Numbered from the stretch's first letter, positions 1 through 10,798 are shown. The stretch is DNA of 59,260 bases from Myxococcota bacterium (GCA_041288095.1 JBGGMJ010000126.1:1-59260), one strand, 5' to 3'. A program made the numbers and translations. Notes: generated from the sequence alone by a model not told the origin.

Positions 1-286
1 GACTTCGAATCTGCGCCTCTACTGCCGCGCCCATAACCAAGCCCGCAACTTCACCAAAATGCGCGTTGACGCGCATTCCGCCACAGCGGACACACCGACA
101 TAGGCAGCGAAGCACAACTCCTCCGGCTCATGCAGAACCCCCACCCCCAAGCCGGCGAAGGCGCCCGGGTCTCCTCCACCCCCTCGGTGCAGATCCACCG
201 AGGCCCCAAACAGCAGACGCTAAAACGGCTCGCAAGCGGCAACGTCACGGTCACGCAAGCGCAAGCGCCAGCGTCACGCACATCGA

Positions 287-1111
287 CTAGATCGCCACGT
301 TATCGATGAGCCGCGTCTTCCCCACGAACGCGGCGACCAGCGCGCGCGCCGGCCGATCGAGCCGCGTAAGCACACGCAGATCCTCGGCCCCGACGATCTC
401 GAGATAGTCGACCTTCACCTCGCCGAGCAGAGCACGCCCGTTAGCGAGCAGCGCCGCCACCGTCTTTTCATTCACGGCTTCCTCGCGCATCGCGAACAAT
501 GTCCGCGATAGCGACAGAGCCCGCGCGCGCTCTTCGGTCGAGAGATAAACGTTGCGTGAGCTCATCGCCAGACCATCCGCCTCGCGCACGATGGAGTGCC
601 CGACGATGTCGACGTCGAGCCACAGGTCGCGCGTCATCCGCCGGATGATGGTGAGCTGCTGGTAGTCCTTCTCGCCGAAAACCGCGACGTCGCATTTGGT
701 GATGCGGAAAAGCAGGCACACGACCGTGCATACGCCGCGGAAGTGGCCGGGGCGGGAAGCGCCGCATAGACCGCGCGCGAGCTCTTCGGGCACGACGTAG
801 GTGTCGAAGCCGGTGGGGTAGAGCTCTTCGCGCGACGGCAAGAAGACCGCGTCCACACCGGCCGACGCGAGCTTGGCGAGGTCTCCGGCTTCGTCGCGAG
901 GGTAGCGAGAGAAGTCTTCGTTCGGCCCGAACTGTGTCGGGTTGACGAAGATGGAGGCGACGACCAGGTCGGCGAGCTCGCGCGCCCGCTTCACCAGGCC
1001 CAAGTGGCCGTCGTGGAGGTAGCCCATCGTAGGCACGAGCGCGACGCGTTCGTTCTTACGCGCGTCGCGCCACGCCCGCATGGCCGCGGCGTCCCGCAAC
1101 AACTCGGGCAT
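287..1111 (-). CDS. panC: Pantoate--beta-alanine ligase (pantothenate synthetase)
   Basis: Motifs VPTMGYLHDGH (HIGH-like), SIFVNPTQF, RPGHFRGV, FGEKDYQQ, GLAMSSRN and TRLIDN. ATG at 1111 overlaps the panB stop (TGATG); GTG at 1114 is an alternative start. Confidence 0.97.
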   Translation of the reverse strand: MPELLRDAAAMRAWRDARKNERVALVPTMGYLHDGHLGLVKRARELADLVVASIFVNPTQFGPNEDFSRYPRDEAGDLAKLASAGVDAVFLPSREELYPTGFDTYVVPEELARGLCGASRPGHFRGVCTVVCLLFRITKCDVAVFGEKDYQQLTIIRRMTRDLWLDVDIVGHSIVREADGLAMSSRNVYLSTEERARALSLSRTLFAMREEAVNEKTVAALLANGRALLGEVKVDYLEIVGAEDLRVLTRLDRPARALVAAFVGKTRLIDNVAI

Positions 1112-1962
1112 CACTTCTTCGCTGCGTACGGCGTCGCTTCGGGAACGACGCGCAAGCCGCCGGCGAATTCGTGCTCGGGGCCGGGAAAAGCACCAGCACG
1201 CACTTCCGCGACGTAGCTCTTCGTGGCCGCGATGACGGACTCACCGAGGTTGTCGTAGCGCTTCACGAACTTCGGCTTGAACGCGGGGTTCAGACCCACG
1301 AGGTCGTAGCCGACGAGCACCTGCCCATCGCACGAGGCGCCGGCGCCGATGCCGATGGTCGGGATGCTCAAGCGGCCGGTGATCTCGAGCGCGAGGTCCG
1401 CGGGAATCGCCTCGAGCACGACCGCGAAGCAGCCGGCGTCCTCGAGCGCCTGCGCGTCATCGACGATGTTGCGCGCTTCGCGGTTGGTGCGACCCTGGAC
1501 CTTGAAGCCGCCCAGGGTGTTCACGCTCTGCGGTGTGAGCCCGACGTGCCCCATGACGGGGATGCCGGCGCGCACCATGCGGGATACATGTGGGGTGTAG
1601 TCGCGGCCGCCCTCGAGCTTCACCGATTGCGCTCCGCCTTCCTGGACGAGACGCCCGGCGGCGCGCAACGCGTCTTCGAGCGACACCTGGTAGCTCATGA
1701 ACGGCAGGTCGACCGTCAGGTGGGCACGGCGTGCGCCACGGCGGACAGCCTGCGCGTGGTACACCATGTGATCGACGGTGACCGGCAAGGTCGTGTCGTG
1801 ACCCTGGACGACCATGCCGAGCGAGTCGCCCACGAGGAGCGCGTCGACGCCGCCCTGATCGAACAACGCGGCGAACGTCGCGTCGTAGGCGGTGACCATC
1901 ACGATTTTTTCGGGAGAGGATTTTCGCGCTCGGAGCTCGAGCGCGGTAACGGGACCAGACAT
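1111..1962 (-). CDS. panB: 3-methyl-2-oxobutanoate hydroxymethyltransferase
   Basis: Motifs [30 protein letters not shown] and IGIGAG..CDGQVLV. Start moved to ATG 1962, which has GGAGG upstream. Confidence 0.97.
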   Translation of the reverse strand: MSGPVTALELRARKSSPEKIVMVTAYDATFAALFDQGGVDALLVGDSLGMVVQGHDTTLPVTVDHMVYHAQAVRRGARRAHLTVDLPFMSYQVSLEDALRAAGRLVQEGGAQSVKLEGGRDYTPHVSRMVRAGIPVMGHVGLTPQSVNTLGGFKVQGRTNREARNIVDDAQALEDAGCFAVVLEAIPADLALEITGRLSIPTIGIGAGASCDGQVLVGYDLVGLNPAFKPKFVKRYDNLGESVIAATKSYVAEVRAGAFPGPEHEFAGGLRVVPEATPYAAKK

Positions 1963-1969
1963 GCAAACC

Positions 1970-2027
1970 TCCGTCTCGGTCCATCGCGCACCCGAAGGCA
2001 TCACGAAGTCCGGATCCAAGCGGATGC
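1970..2027 (-). ncRNA. pan RNA motif-like 5' leader of panBC
   Basis: Minus-strand stem TCCG-CTT-GG-(A)-TCC pairs with GGA-CC-GAG-(A)-CGGA and has two bulged As. It lies directly 5' of panB and overlaps the GGAGG RBS. This fits my recollection of the pan motif (Firmicutes, Chloroflexi, Deltaproteobacteria). Confidence 0.65.
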
Positions 2028-2031
2028 CCTT

Positions 2032-2061
2032 AGTATAAGGGCGCGTTCTTTCTGGCGGCAA
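2032..2061 (-). promoter_or_regulatory. Putative sigma70 promoter for panBC
   Basis: TTGCCG-N18-TATACT on the minus strand; the predicted start site falls at the 5' edge of the pan-like leader. Confidence 0.5.
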
Positions 2062-2104
2062 GCGGGTTGTAACGAAGGAAACCCATCGGCATAACCCGCC
2101 CACC

Positions 2105-5100
2105 GTGCTGCGCAGACCCCTCCGTATCGCCATTCTGAGCCTTTCCGTTGCGGCTGGACGGCTGGCCGCGGCGCAAGGGACCAGTGGTTCCACGGGCGCC
2201 GGCTTGGTCCTCCCGGATCAGCCGCCGGAGACCCCCGAGACGCCGGCGGTCGAGCAGGGGCCGATGCCCCAGGAACCAGCCGAACCCGCCCCGGCACCGA
2301 CCCCCGTGGTGGAGCCGCCCCCGACGAGCGTCGAGCAACTCCCAGCCCTGCCGGTGAAGCCGCCGCCGCCACGGAGCACCATCGACATTGTCCTGCCTAC
2401 TCACGGTTGCCTCGATTCCGGCGACACCACGGTGCAGCTCCTCTCGGTGCTCTATGAGAACTTCGCGAGTCACCCGGGCTCCGTGAACGTGACCTCCGCT
2501 GGTTTCCCCGCTCTGCGGCGTGGACCGATCTACGTCTTTCCCGAGCGCGACAGCACGCAGGTGATGGACGCACGCCGCTTCGTTGCCGATCCGCTGGTCT
2601 ACGAGCGCGAGGTCTTGGCGGAGCGACTGCCGGTGCTGGTGAACGTCCAGGAGGTCGCGTTCCAGTACCCGTACGATTCGCTTTTCGACACGCTCGCCGG
2701 CATCGAAGAGGCCCTCGCTCCGGGCGAGCGCTTCCCGCTGACGACTCGCCGCTATGGCAGACTCACCCGCTATCGCGGCTCCGACACGTCGATTCTAGTG
2801 CTCGAGCTCGAGACCAACGAGCGCGCCAAGCTCTCGAACGAGGTCATCGATTACGTGCCCGAGTTCGCCGGCATCACCCAGGTGACGACCGCCGATTTCA
2901 AGACGACCTTCTACAGCCTGGGGCGGCGCCTCGGCCGCATCAGCCGCGTCTGGGCGGAGACCGAGCCCGATCGCACACGGGTGAAGAACCCGGCGATGCT
3001 GGTTTCGATGGGTGACGTGCTCGGCACGCGCATGGCGCCCGAGATCCTCGAGCACTGCGGCACCACCGCGAAGAATCTGGGCTACACCGCCATGGTCCCG
3101 GTCGCCTCCGAGCTCGGCCTCGGCCCCGACCACTTGTACGCTTTGGCGAACAAGTTCGGGCTGCCTTACCTCGCGTCGAATCTCTTTCGTCGTGAAACCA
3201 CCGTGAACGACTTCACGGCGCGGCCGTTCCCGCGCTTCATCTTGCAGGAGCGCGACGGGCTGACGATCGCTTTCATCGGGGTTGTCGACCCAGCCGAGCT
3301 CGACACCTTGCCTACCTCGGTCCGCAAGACCTGGCGTTTCGAGGACATGAGCATCGCCATCGGGCGGGTGGTCGACGAGCTCCGCACCTATCTCCATCGC
3401 CGGCCCGACCTCACCGTCGTGCTAGCGGCGTCCCGCGATCCGGCGCCGTTGACGCGCATCGAGGGCGTCGACCTGGTCATCGGGCCGCCAGTGAACTCGA
3501 ACATCGACCCGCTGCGCCGGGTCACCGACGTTCCGGAGTCGCCGAGCGAGCTCGAGGTGACTTACGGCAGCGGTGCCCTCGTGACCCTGCAGCCTCCCTG
3601 GCGCGCCGTCACCCGCATCAGTACCGACCTCGTCCGCCATAAAGGACGCAGGCGGGCGCGGCCGGTGCGCATCGTCGAGGAGCGCCAGCCGGTGCTCGAG
3701 GACGGGCCCGCGGATCCGGAGATCGAACGCACCTTCCGCGTCGCCGAGGAGAGGAGCCTCATCAAGGACGCGGCCATCCTCGTGCCGGAGGCGCGCTTGA
3801 TGGTCGAGGGGAAACCCGAGCTCGCGAGCCTCGTCTGGGGTGATCACATCCTCCACCGCCGCGGTTACCGCCGCGCGCCCCGCAGCCAGCCAGCGCGCTA
3901 CTCCGATCCTTTGTGGATGCGCATGGTGACCAACATCATCAACCGCGAAACCCGCTCCGACATCGCCATCAGCTACAACGTGCCTCGCGAGTGGGACATC
4001 GTCGGCCCGATCTCGCGCGAGACCGTCGGGAGCTGGCTGCGCACCGGCGACTCGGTACAAGTCGTGACCCTCACCGGCCTCGAGCTGCAGCCCGTGGTGC
4101 AGCGTTTGGCGAGGCAGCTCAAAGCCGAGGACTGGCCGGCGTCGCAGGTCTTGTTCGTCTCCGGCCTCGACCCCCTGACTGGTCTGGTGCGCGGACGCGC
4201 CCTCGACCCCCGCGAGCCTTATCGCGTGGCGGTGAGCGAGTCGGTGCTCACCGGGCGTGAGCTTGCCGACGTGTTCGCCAACAAGCAGGCCGACACAGGT
4301 AGGACGCTGTTGCGGAGCATGGTGCTCGACGCGTTCGAGCGCGAGAAGCAAGGCCCGAGCGGCGCCATCGACTACGTCGAGGCCATGCTCGAGGACGAGA
4401 GCACCAAGATGGTGCCGCGCTGGAAGCTGATGGTGAATCAGCTCTCCCTGTCCGCTTCGTCGTACAGTAACAGTGACAACATCCGGCGCTTCAAGGACAC
4501 GCGCGAGAGCCGGGTCACGCAGTCGGCGAACACGCAGTACGGCATCCGCGCCAACGTCGCCGCTGTCTATGACTCGGCTCCCTTCGCCTGGGAGACGCGC
4601 CTCAGGCTCGACTACGCCAAGCTCATCGCCAGGAACGACACCAACGACAACGGCGTGCCGGATCAGCGCATCTCGCAGGAGACCCTCGACGACGTCGTCC
4701 TCTCGAGCGAGCTTCGCTTGAACGCGTTGCAGTTCGGCACCATCGGTGACGTGCTGCGTGTCGTGCCCTTCGTGCAAGCGGCGTACGACACCGAGTTTAC
4801 ACGGGCCACCGAAAACGATCAGCGCCAGAAGCTCGGCCGCGGCATCGTAGGTCTCGTCTTCTTTCCCGGACCACGGATCCGCGAGGTGCGCGCCGGCCTA
4901 CTCGTGCAGGAAGACTTTTCGCAGCCGTCACCGTACGATCTCAATTGGGGCGTCGCCGCCGGTTACACCGTGGTGGTCCCGCTCTATCAGCAGCTGCGCC
5001 TCGAGAGCACGCTCGACCTCCGCTACCTCTTTCCCGATCAGAACGACCTGCCGTCCGACATCGGCTTCTATGCGCTCGACGTCACGCGCGTGCTCTGGCC

Positions 5101-5275
5101 GTTCTGGCAACAGAAGCTGTCGTTTTTCGTGTCGGCTGACATCGTCGTGGTGCGCGGCAAGTCGGACGATGTCTTGCTCGCCGACGGCACGACCATCTCG
5201 AACCGCCAGTTCGGCGGCAGCTGGATCTTGAGCGTCGGCCTGGATTTCTCCGGGGTCTTCACGCACCGCTTTTAG
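2105..5275 (+). CDS. Secreted protein: degenerate 5'-nucleotidase-like domains plus C-terminal outer-membrane beta-barrel-like region
   Basis: Signal peptide and Pro-rich linker. Metallophosphoesterase-like segments ([34 protein letters not shown]) and a nucleotidase C-domain-like region (DIAISYN..., YRVAVSE). The C-terminal ~280 aa are alternating beta-strands ending in F. Confidence 0.65.
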   Translation: MLRRPLRIAILSLSVAAGRLAAAQGTSGSTGAGLVLPDQPPETPETPAVEQGPMPQEPAEPAPAPTPVVEPPPTSVEQLPALPVKPPPPRSTIDIVLPTHGCLDSGDTTVQLLSVLYENFASHPGSVNVTSAGFPALRRGPIYVFPERDSTQVMDARRFVADPLVYEREVLAERLPVLVNVQEVAFQYPYDSLFDTLAGIEEALAPGERFPLTTRRYGRLTRYRGSDTSILVLELETNERAKLSNEVIDYVPEFAGITQVTTADFKTTFYSLGRRLGRISRVWAETEPDRTRVKNPAMLVSMGDVLGTRMAPEILEHCGTTAKNLGYTAMVPVASELGLGPDHLYALANKFGLPYLASNLFRRETTVNDFTARPFPRFILQERDGLTIAFIGVVDPAELDTLPTSVRKTWRFEDMSIAIGRVVDELRTYLHRRPDLTVVLAASRDPAPLTRIEGVDLVIGPPVNSNIDPLRRVTDVPESPSELEVTYGSGALVTLQPPWRAVTRISTDLVRHKGRRRARPVRIVEERQPVLEDGPADPEIERTFRVAEERSLIKDAAILVPEARLMVEGKPELASLVWGDHILHRRGYRRAPRSQPARYSDPLWMRMVTNIINRETRSDIAISYNVPREWDIVGPISRETVGSWLRTGDSVQVVTLTGLELQPVVQRLARQLKAEDWPASQVLFVSGLDPLTGLVRGRALDPREPYRVAVSESVLTGRELADVFANKQADTGRTLLRSMVLDAFEREKQGPSGAIDYVEAMLEDESTKMVPRWKLMVNQLSLSASSYSNSDNIRRFKDTRESRVTQSANTQYGIRANVAAVYDSAPFAWETRLRLDYAKLIARNDTNDNGVPDQRISQETLDDVVLSSELRLNALQFGTIGDVLRVVPFVQAAYDTEFTRATENDQRQKLGRGIVGLVFFPGPRIREVRAGLLVQEDFSQPSPYDLNWGVAAGYTVVVPLYQQLRLESTLDLRYLFPDQNDLPSDIGFYALDVTRVLWPFWQQKLSFFVSADIVVVRGKSDDVLLADGTTISNRQFGGSWILSVGLDFSGVFTHRF

Positions 5276-5282
5276 CGCGGCG

Positions 5283-7391
5283 CTACTCGAGCGTCTCGGG
5301 CGCGCCGAGCGAGACGAAGTCGCTGCGCGCCGACGTCACCTGGAACGCGAGTTGCGCTTGCGACCGCGCGACCCGCGACAAGCGGACCTCGTCGACCACG
5401 CCGTTGACCGCGAACGCGTCCGCCAAGGACAAGCCGCTGAGCTCGCCGTGGCTCGCCGCTGTGAGGCTGAACGCGAAATCGCCGCCGACGTAGATCGTCG
5501 CGGTGGTCCCCTGGACCACCATCGCCACGTGGCGCGGCGCCAGCGGGCCGCTCGAGGCGAAAACGAAGTCGGACACGGCGTTGGTCGTCGCGTAGATGGC
5601 ATTCGGCTGCACACCGATGGCGAAGTCTCCGAGGCCCACGCCACCGGCGCGTTCGCGGCTCTCCGCCGCGACGGGTGTCGTGCCCTGCCAGCGCCGGATG
5701 AACGTGGCGATGTAGATCGTGCGGAAGATCGGGCTAGTCTGGTCGTACGCGCCGAGCAGCAAGTGGTTGAGTGGCTGGGCCCACGCGCACGGAGTGACGC
5801 GCGAGAGGGTTTGGTCCACGAAAACGGACGCTTCGTTGTCGTGGAGGCCGATGCCGATGTCGTTGGTGAGGAAGGGCAGCGCGAGGTCACTGCCTTGGTC
5901 GAAGCCAGGGGTGACACCCTCCGACGTCCGCATTGCACCACCGCTCAAGCCCGGCGTGCGCACCACCCAGACGCCGGAGGTCGCCGTCGGCAAGTTGCTG
6001 CCGGGCTGCATTGCCGAGCTGATGTGCGGTAGCCCTCCCGAGTTGTCGAGCTCCACGGTGTCTGGCTCGGGTCGGGCGTAGGTCTGCACGAAGTAGCCGC
6101 CGCGCAGATCGAAGGGCAGCTGTACGCCGAGGCGACCCGCGTCGACGGTCAGGCTGCCGGTCGTGGTCGCGCTGCTCTGCGGGGTGAACTGCGCCCAACT
6201 GCTGTCGTTCGCCCAGAAGTGGAAGGTCGAGGGAGGATCGGAATCGTCGCTGATGCCGCTCTGCCCGTAGACGAACGTGAACACGCGCGGGCCGGCCTCG
6301 GGCGAACGGACCCACAGCTCCCATGCGTGGTCGGTTCGCAAGACCGCGTAGGCGCGCTGCTCTTCCGCTTCGACGACACGCAATCGCGTATACGTGTCGG
6401 TGTGCGCCCTGAACTCGAGGTCGTTCGGCATGTTCCAGAGCGCCTGCATGTCCGCGCCGGGGACGTTGACCGTTAGCGAGCGGCGATACGGTTGGGCAGG
6501 GAGGCTCGGTATGAACCAGCCCTCGACGGTGAAGTCGCTGTTCGCGGCGATGCCCGCCTTGGACGCGAAGGCGCCTTGGCTGCCGTTGTAGTGCTGTCCG
6601 CTGCCGAAGACACCGCCGCTGGGACTCACGGAGGCGCGGTCCGCGTGCCGCTCCCCCTCGGTGGCGTCGCGTAGGGGTTCCATCTCGGCCTCCTCGCCGA
6701 GATGCCAGATGCCGACGTAGTCGTCGTCCCAGATGTCGCTCGTCGACGCGGGCTCGGCCAAGGTGTTGCCGACGTAGAGCAACAGCCGGCGCGACTCGCC
6801 GGCCTGGAGGTCGGTGAGCAGTACCCAGACGATGTAGCCGCGCGCCGCGTCCCACGTCTCCACTTGGTGCTCGAGCTGGCGGTTCGCGAGATCGGTGATG
6901 CGCACATCGCGACCGTCCGCGGTGGTGATGGCGGTACCGGCGCTGCCGAACGTCGAAGCCGGTACGCGCAAGGGCACCACGACATCGCCCCTGTTGCTGG
7001 TGATCAAGCCGCCGTTGAGGGTGATGGGAATGCGGTGCGGCCAAGCCCCGTCGAACCAATTCTGCACGCAGCCGCTCAAGGTGCAGTCGCCCTTGCAGAG
7101 CCGGCTGGTACCGTCGCCGCACCCCAAGCTGCTGCCGAGCAGACACTCGAAGCCGTCGTCCGGGTTGCCGTCGCAGTCATTGTCGCGGCCGTCACAGATC
7201 TCGCCCGCGGGTGTGCAAGTGGGGTCGGGCAGGTCGCCACATCGGCCGCTATTGCAGACAGTGCCGTCCACGCAGTCACCGTCGGTGACGCACGGCCGAT
7301 TCAGGTCGACATGGTCGCGCTGACACGCCGCCGCCGAGATCACCGCAACCGCCGCCATCATCGCGACGTTCTTTGGGTTTCTCCACCACAT
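5283..7391 (-). CDS. Lipoprotein with Cys-rich repeat, DUF2341 and LamG/ConA-like domains
   Basis: Lipobox-like AAAC and EICDGRDNDCDG repeat. W..RIPITL...DGRDVRIT...VETWD...LYVGN is DUF2341-like; GIWHLGE and HVAMV...GVVDEVRLS are LamG-like. Start moved to ATG 7391. Confidence 0.75.
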   Translation of the reverse strand: MWWRNPKNVAMMAAVAVISAAACQRDHVDLNRPCVTDGDCVDGTVCNSGRCGDLPDPTCTPAGEICDGRDNDCDGNPDDGFECLLGSSLGCGDGTSRLCKGDCTLSGCVQNWFDGAWPHRIPITLNGGLITSNRGDVVVPLRVPASTFGSAGTAITTADGRDVRITDLANRQLEHQVETWDAARGYIVWVLLTDLQAGESRRLLLYVGNTLAEPASTSDIWDDDYVGIWHLGEEAEMEPLRDATEGERHADRASVSPSGGVFGSGQHYNGSQGAFASKAGIAANSDFTVEGWFIPSLPAQPYRRSLTVNVPGADMQALWNMPNDLEFRAHTDTYTRLRVVEAEEQRAYAVLRTDHAWELWVRSPEAGPRVFTFVYGQSGISDDSDPPSTFHFWANDSSWAQFTPQSSATTTGSLTVDAGRLGVQLPFDLRGGYFVQTYARPEPDTVELDNSGGLPHISSAMQPGSNLPTATSGVWVVRTPGLSGGAMRTSEGVTPGFDQGSDLALPFLTNDIGIGLHDNEASVFVDQTLSRVTPCAWAQPLNHLLLGAYDQTSPIFRTIYIATFIRRWQGTTPVAAESRERAGGVGLGDFAIGVQPNAIYATTNAVSDFVFASSGPLAPRHVAMVVQGTTATIYVGGDFAFSLTAASHGELSGLSLADAFAVNGVVDEVRLSRVARSQAQLAFQVTSARSDFVSLGAPETLE

Positions 7392-7435
7392 GTGTAGGCG
7401 ATCAGTATGCCGCGAAGGGTCGACGGTTGTCAGAC

Positions 7436-7462
7436 CAATCGACATGCCGGCTCGGCCATTGC
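7436..7462 (-). promoter_or_regulatory. sigma28-like motif GCAA-N15-GTCGATTG
   Basis: Recurrent intergenic motif, oriented toward the DUF2341 lipoprotein gene. Confidence 0.45.
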
Positions 7463-7542
7463 CCGGAAGGCGCATCGAGACTAAGTTCTTGCGGCTTCGA
7501 TCTTGTCAGTGTCCACACGACGGAATCGCGAGGGAGCTCACC

Positions 7543-9918
7543 GTGGCTGAACGACTTCAAACCGCTGCTGTCTTGGGCGCCGGCTTCATGGGAACGGCGA
7601 TTGCCGCGCATATCGCGGCCCTGGGTGTTCGGGTTCATCTGCTCGACATCGTGCCGCCCGACCTCGCCGAGAAGGACGCGAAAAACAAAGCGGCCCGTAA
7701 CAAGTTCGCCATCGGCGCCATCGACAAGGGCTTGAAGGCGAAGCCCGCCGTCTTCTTCGACGCCGACATCGCCCGCCTCATCACGCCGGGGAACTTCGAA
7801 GACGATATGGGCGTCCTCAAGGACTGCGACCTCGTCATCGAAGCGGTCGTCGAGCGCCTCGACATCAAGAAGAAGCTGTTCGCGAACGTCGCCAAGAACA
7901 TCGGCCCGAACGCCATCGTCGCCTCGAACACCAGCGGCCTCTCGCTCGCGTCGATGATCGAGGACCTGCCGGCCGATGTGCAGAAGCGCTTCGTCATCCT
8001 GCACTTCTTCAGCCCGGTTCGTTACATGCGGCTCCTCGAGATCATCGGGGGCCCGAAGACGGATGCGAAGGTGCTCGAGCGCGCCGTCGCCATCGGTGAG
8101 ATGCTCGGCAAAGGCGTGGTGCACGCCAAGGACACGCCGAACTTCATCGCCAACCGCATCGGCATTCACGACGCCATGGTGGCGATGCACCTGCACGACG
8201 AGATGGGGCTCACCATCGAAGAGGTCGACAAGATCGCCTCGACGCCGATGGGCCGCCCGTCGACGGGTGCCTTCCGCTTGGGTGACTTCGTCGGCATCGA
8301 CGTCATCGGGCACGTCGCCAAGACGTCGTACGACCAGGGCGCGAAGGATCCCGAGCGCGACATGTTCAAGGCGCCCGCCTGGGTCGAGAAGCTGGTGGCG
8401 TCCGGCCGCCACGGCCAGAAGACCGGCGCCGGCTTCTACAAGAAAGAGGGGAAGGACATCATGGTCCTCGACCCCAAGACGCTCGAGTACCGCGCCCAGA
8501 ACAAGGTGCGCTTCGACTCACTCGGCGCCGTCAAGAACATCGAGGAGCCGGGCCCGCGCTTGAAGGCGCTGGTCAACGCGGACGACAAGGCGGCGCAGTT
8601 CGCCTGGCGTCTGCTCGCGCGGACACTGCAATACAGCGCCATGCTGGTCGGCGAGATCGCGGACGACATCGTCAACATCGACCGCGCCATGCGTTGGGGC
8701 TTCAACTGGGACTTGGGGCCGTTCGAGGCGTGGGATGCCATCGGCGTCGAAGAGTCGGTCTCGCGCATGAAGAAGGAAGGCATGAAGGTGCCGGAGTGGG
8801 TCGAGCAGATGCTCGCCTCCGGCCGCAAGTCGTTCTACGCCGATGGTGAGGCCGCTAAAACGTACTTCGACCACAAGGCGAAGAAGAAGGCCGTGGTGCC
8901 TTTCGACGCCAAGCACATTCGCCTGGCGGCGCTCCACGAGGACCCCAAGAAGGTCGTCAAGGAGAACCTCGGCGCGTCGCTGCTCGATCTCGGTGACGGT
9001 GTCCTCTGCATGGAGGTGCACACCAAGATGAACACTCTCGATGGCGACGTGATCACGTTGCTCAACGAGGCCATCGACATCGCAGAGAAGGACTTCCAGG
9101 GCCTCGTCGTCGCCAACGAGGGTCAGCACTTCGGCGCCGGCGCCAACCTGATGCTCGTCTACATGGCGGCTCAGAACAAAGACTGGGCGCAGATCGACAC
9201 CATGGTGCGCGAGCTGCAGAACGTCTACCAGCGCCTCCGCTATAGCAGCATCCCGACCGTGGCGGCGCCGTTCCAATATACCTTCGGCGGTGCCTGCGAG
9301 ATGGTCATGTCGTGCAACGCCGCGGTGGCTCACGCCGAGACGTACATTGGCCTCGTCGAGGTCGGTGTTGGCGTCATCCCGGCGGGCACCGGCTCGCTGC
9401 GCTGTGTGGAGCGCTGGACCGAGCGCGAGATGAACACGCCGGGCGTCGACATCCTGCCGTTCATCGCGCAGGCCTCGCTCAACATCGCGACCGCCAAGGT
9501 GGCCACCGGCGCCGAGGAGGGGAAGCGCCTGCGCTACCTGTCGCCGACCGACGGTATCACCTTGAACCGCGACTATTTGACCTACAACGCCAAGCAACGG
9601 GCGCTGGGCATGGCGCGCTCGGGCTTCCGGCCGCCGCGGCCGAAGGTCTTGAAGGCGGCGGGTTACGACCTCGAAAAGACCATCGGCGCCAGCGTCTACA
9701 ACATGGTGCAAGCTGGTCACGCCACCGAGCACGATGCGCTGGTGGCGCGGAAGGTCGCGCATGTCCTCTGTGGCGGACACGTGGCGCTCGGCGCCGAGCG
9801 CACCGAGCAGGACTATCTCGATCTCGAGCGTGAGGCGTTCGTTTCGCTGTGCGGCGAGGAGAAGACGCAAGCGCGCATCCAGAGCATCCTGATGTCCGGA
9901 AAACCGCTGCGTAACTGA
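7543..9918 (+). CDS. 3-hydroxyacyl-CoA dehydrogenase / enoyl-CoA hydratase (FadN-like)
   Basis: GAGFMG Rossmann motif, IEAVVE, ASNTSG, HFFSP, FIANRIG; C-terminal crotonase domain (FGGACE, GLVEVGVGVIP) ending GKPLRN. GTG start at 7543 after GGGAG. Confidence 0.92.
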   Translation: MAERLQTAAVLGAGFMGTAIAAHIAALGVRVHLLDIVPPDLAEKDAKNKAARNKFAIGAIDKGLKAKPAVFFDADIARLITPGNFEDDMGVLKDCDLVIEAVVERLDIKKKLFANVAKNIGPNAIVASNTSGLSLASMIEDLPADVQKRFVILHFFSPVRYMRLLEIIGGPKTDAKVLERAVAIGEMLGKGVVHAKDTPNFIANRIGIHDAMVAMHLHDEMGLTIEEVDKIASTPMGRPSTGAFRLGDFVGIDVIGHVAKTSYDQGAKDPERDMFKAPAWVEKLVASGRHGQKTGAGFYKKEGKDIMVLDPKTLEYRAQNKVRFDSLGAVKNIEEPGPRLKALVNADDKAAQFAWRLLARTLQYSAMLVGEIADDIVNIDRAMRWGFNWDLGPFEAWDAIGVEESVSRMKKEGMKVPEWVEQMLASGRKSFYADGEAAKTYFDHKAKKKAVVPFDAKHIRLAALHEDPKKVVKENLGASLLDLGDGVLCMEVHTKMNTLDGDVITLLNEAIDIAEKDFQGLVVANEGQHFGAGANLMLVYMAAQNKDWAQIDTMVRELQNVYQRLRYSSIPTVAAPFQYTFGGACEMVMSCNAAVAHAETYIGLVEVGVGVIPAGTGSLRCVERWTEREMNTPGVDILPFIAQASLNIATAKVATGAEEGKRLRYLSPTDGITLNRDYLTYNAKQRALGMARSGFRPPRPKVLKAAGYDLEKTIGASVYNMVQAGHATEHDALVARKVAHVLCGGHVALGAERTEQDYLDLEREAFVSLCGEEKTQARIQSILMSGKPLRN

Positions 9919-9931
9919 CGCGGAGCACGCG

Positions 9932-10306
9932 ATGGCAACCCCGTTCCATCCGCTGATTCACGAGCTCGCCGAAGACCTCGGCGAGGATCTCGACATGCCG
10001 CAAGACCGGGCCGAGGCCTGGATCACGCGGTTGTCGCAGCACACCGACGGCGAGGAGATCGCGACGCACCTCGCCGTGCTGGCCATGCGCCTCGGCAAGC
10101 AGGGCGCGAGCCGCGCGGCGTCGCAGCTGGTGACCATCGCGATGATCGCCTTCAACGCGGCGGCGGCGGCCAGTGTCGCGACAGCGGCCGGCGTCGAGCT
10201 CAATCAGGCGAAGAAGCTCACCGGCTGGAAGTCCGAGCCCAAGAGCAAGGGTGTCGCCGGGCTCGCGCCGCCGACCTCGGGTGTCGGGCCACGGCGCAAG
10301 AAGTAA
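9932..10306 (+). CDS. Hypothetical protein (124 aa)
   Basis: ATG 13 nt after the fadN stop with GGAG RBS; typical GC3-rich codons. Confidence 0.7.
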   Translation: MATPFHPLIHELAEDLGEDLDMPQDRAEAWITRLSQHTDGEEIATHLAVLAMRLGKQGASRAASQLVTIAMIAFNAAAAASVATAAGVELNQAKKLTGWKSEPKSKGVAGLAPPTSGVGPRRKK

Positions 10307-10324
10307 CGCCGGCTGCGCCTCGGG

Positions 10325-10798
10325 CTAGCCGTTCACCCAGGACATGAACTTCGTCCACATCGAGGCGCGGCTCGTCAGCTCGTTCTGGATGGTCTGGTAG
10401 GCGACGACGCGCTGCTGCGTCGCCTGGTACTGCGTCGTCGCTTGGCGCACGCGGCCCTCGGCTGTGCGCACCTGTTCGCGGTGCTGAGCGATGCCGATGC
10501 CGCCAATGGCCATGTTGATGAGGCCGGGGAGCATGTTGCGGGTGTCGAAGTAGGCGCTCGCCGTCGGGGCCATCGCCTGCAGGTAAGCAAGCTGCTGAGC
10601 CTCTTGCTGATAGATCGCCGCGGCCTGTTGCTGGATGCCTTGAGCTTGCGCCAGGAGCTGGGACGCGGCGGTCAGCTCGTAGTCCTGCACACCGTCCGCT
10701 AGAGCGGCGGTCAAGAGCTGAACGTACTCGTCGTTCTGAACGACGCCATCGTTCGCCAGATACCCCTCAACGAGCTGACTCATTTCGTTGATGAACAC
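10325..10798 (-). CDS. Hypothetical Gln/Ala-rich coiled-coil protein
   Basis: GTG start after GGAGG; two Q-rich helical segments flank a short hydrophobic stretch. Confidence 0.7.
   Translation of the reverse strand: MFINEMSQLVEGYLANDGVVQNDEYVQLLTAALADGVQDYELTAASQLLAQAQGIQQQAAAIYQQEAQQLAYLQAMAPTASAYFDTRNMLPGLINMAIGGIGIAQHREQVRTAEGRVRQATTQYQATQQRVVAYQTIQNELTSRASMWTKFMSWVNG

Noticed and set aside
1..40. GACTTCGAATC at the window start resembles a tRNA T-loop; a minus-strand ATG at 34 could start a gene running off the edge
   Set aside because: No T-stem, acceptor stem or CCA context, and too little sequence to support either call.
51..290. Short ORFs 51..281(-) and 66..290(+) and an 8-bp hairpin CCTCGGTG/CACCGAGG at 182..203
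   Set aside because: Atypical composition and no motifs. The hairpin lacks a U-tract and is unremarkable in GC-rich DNA.
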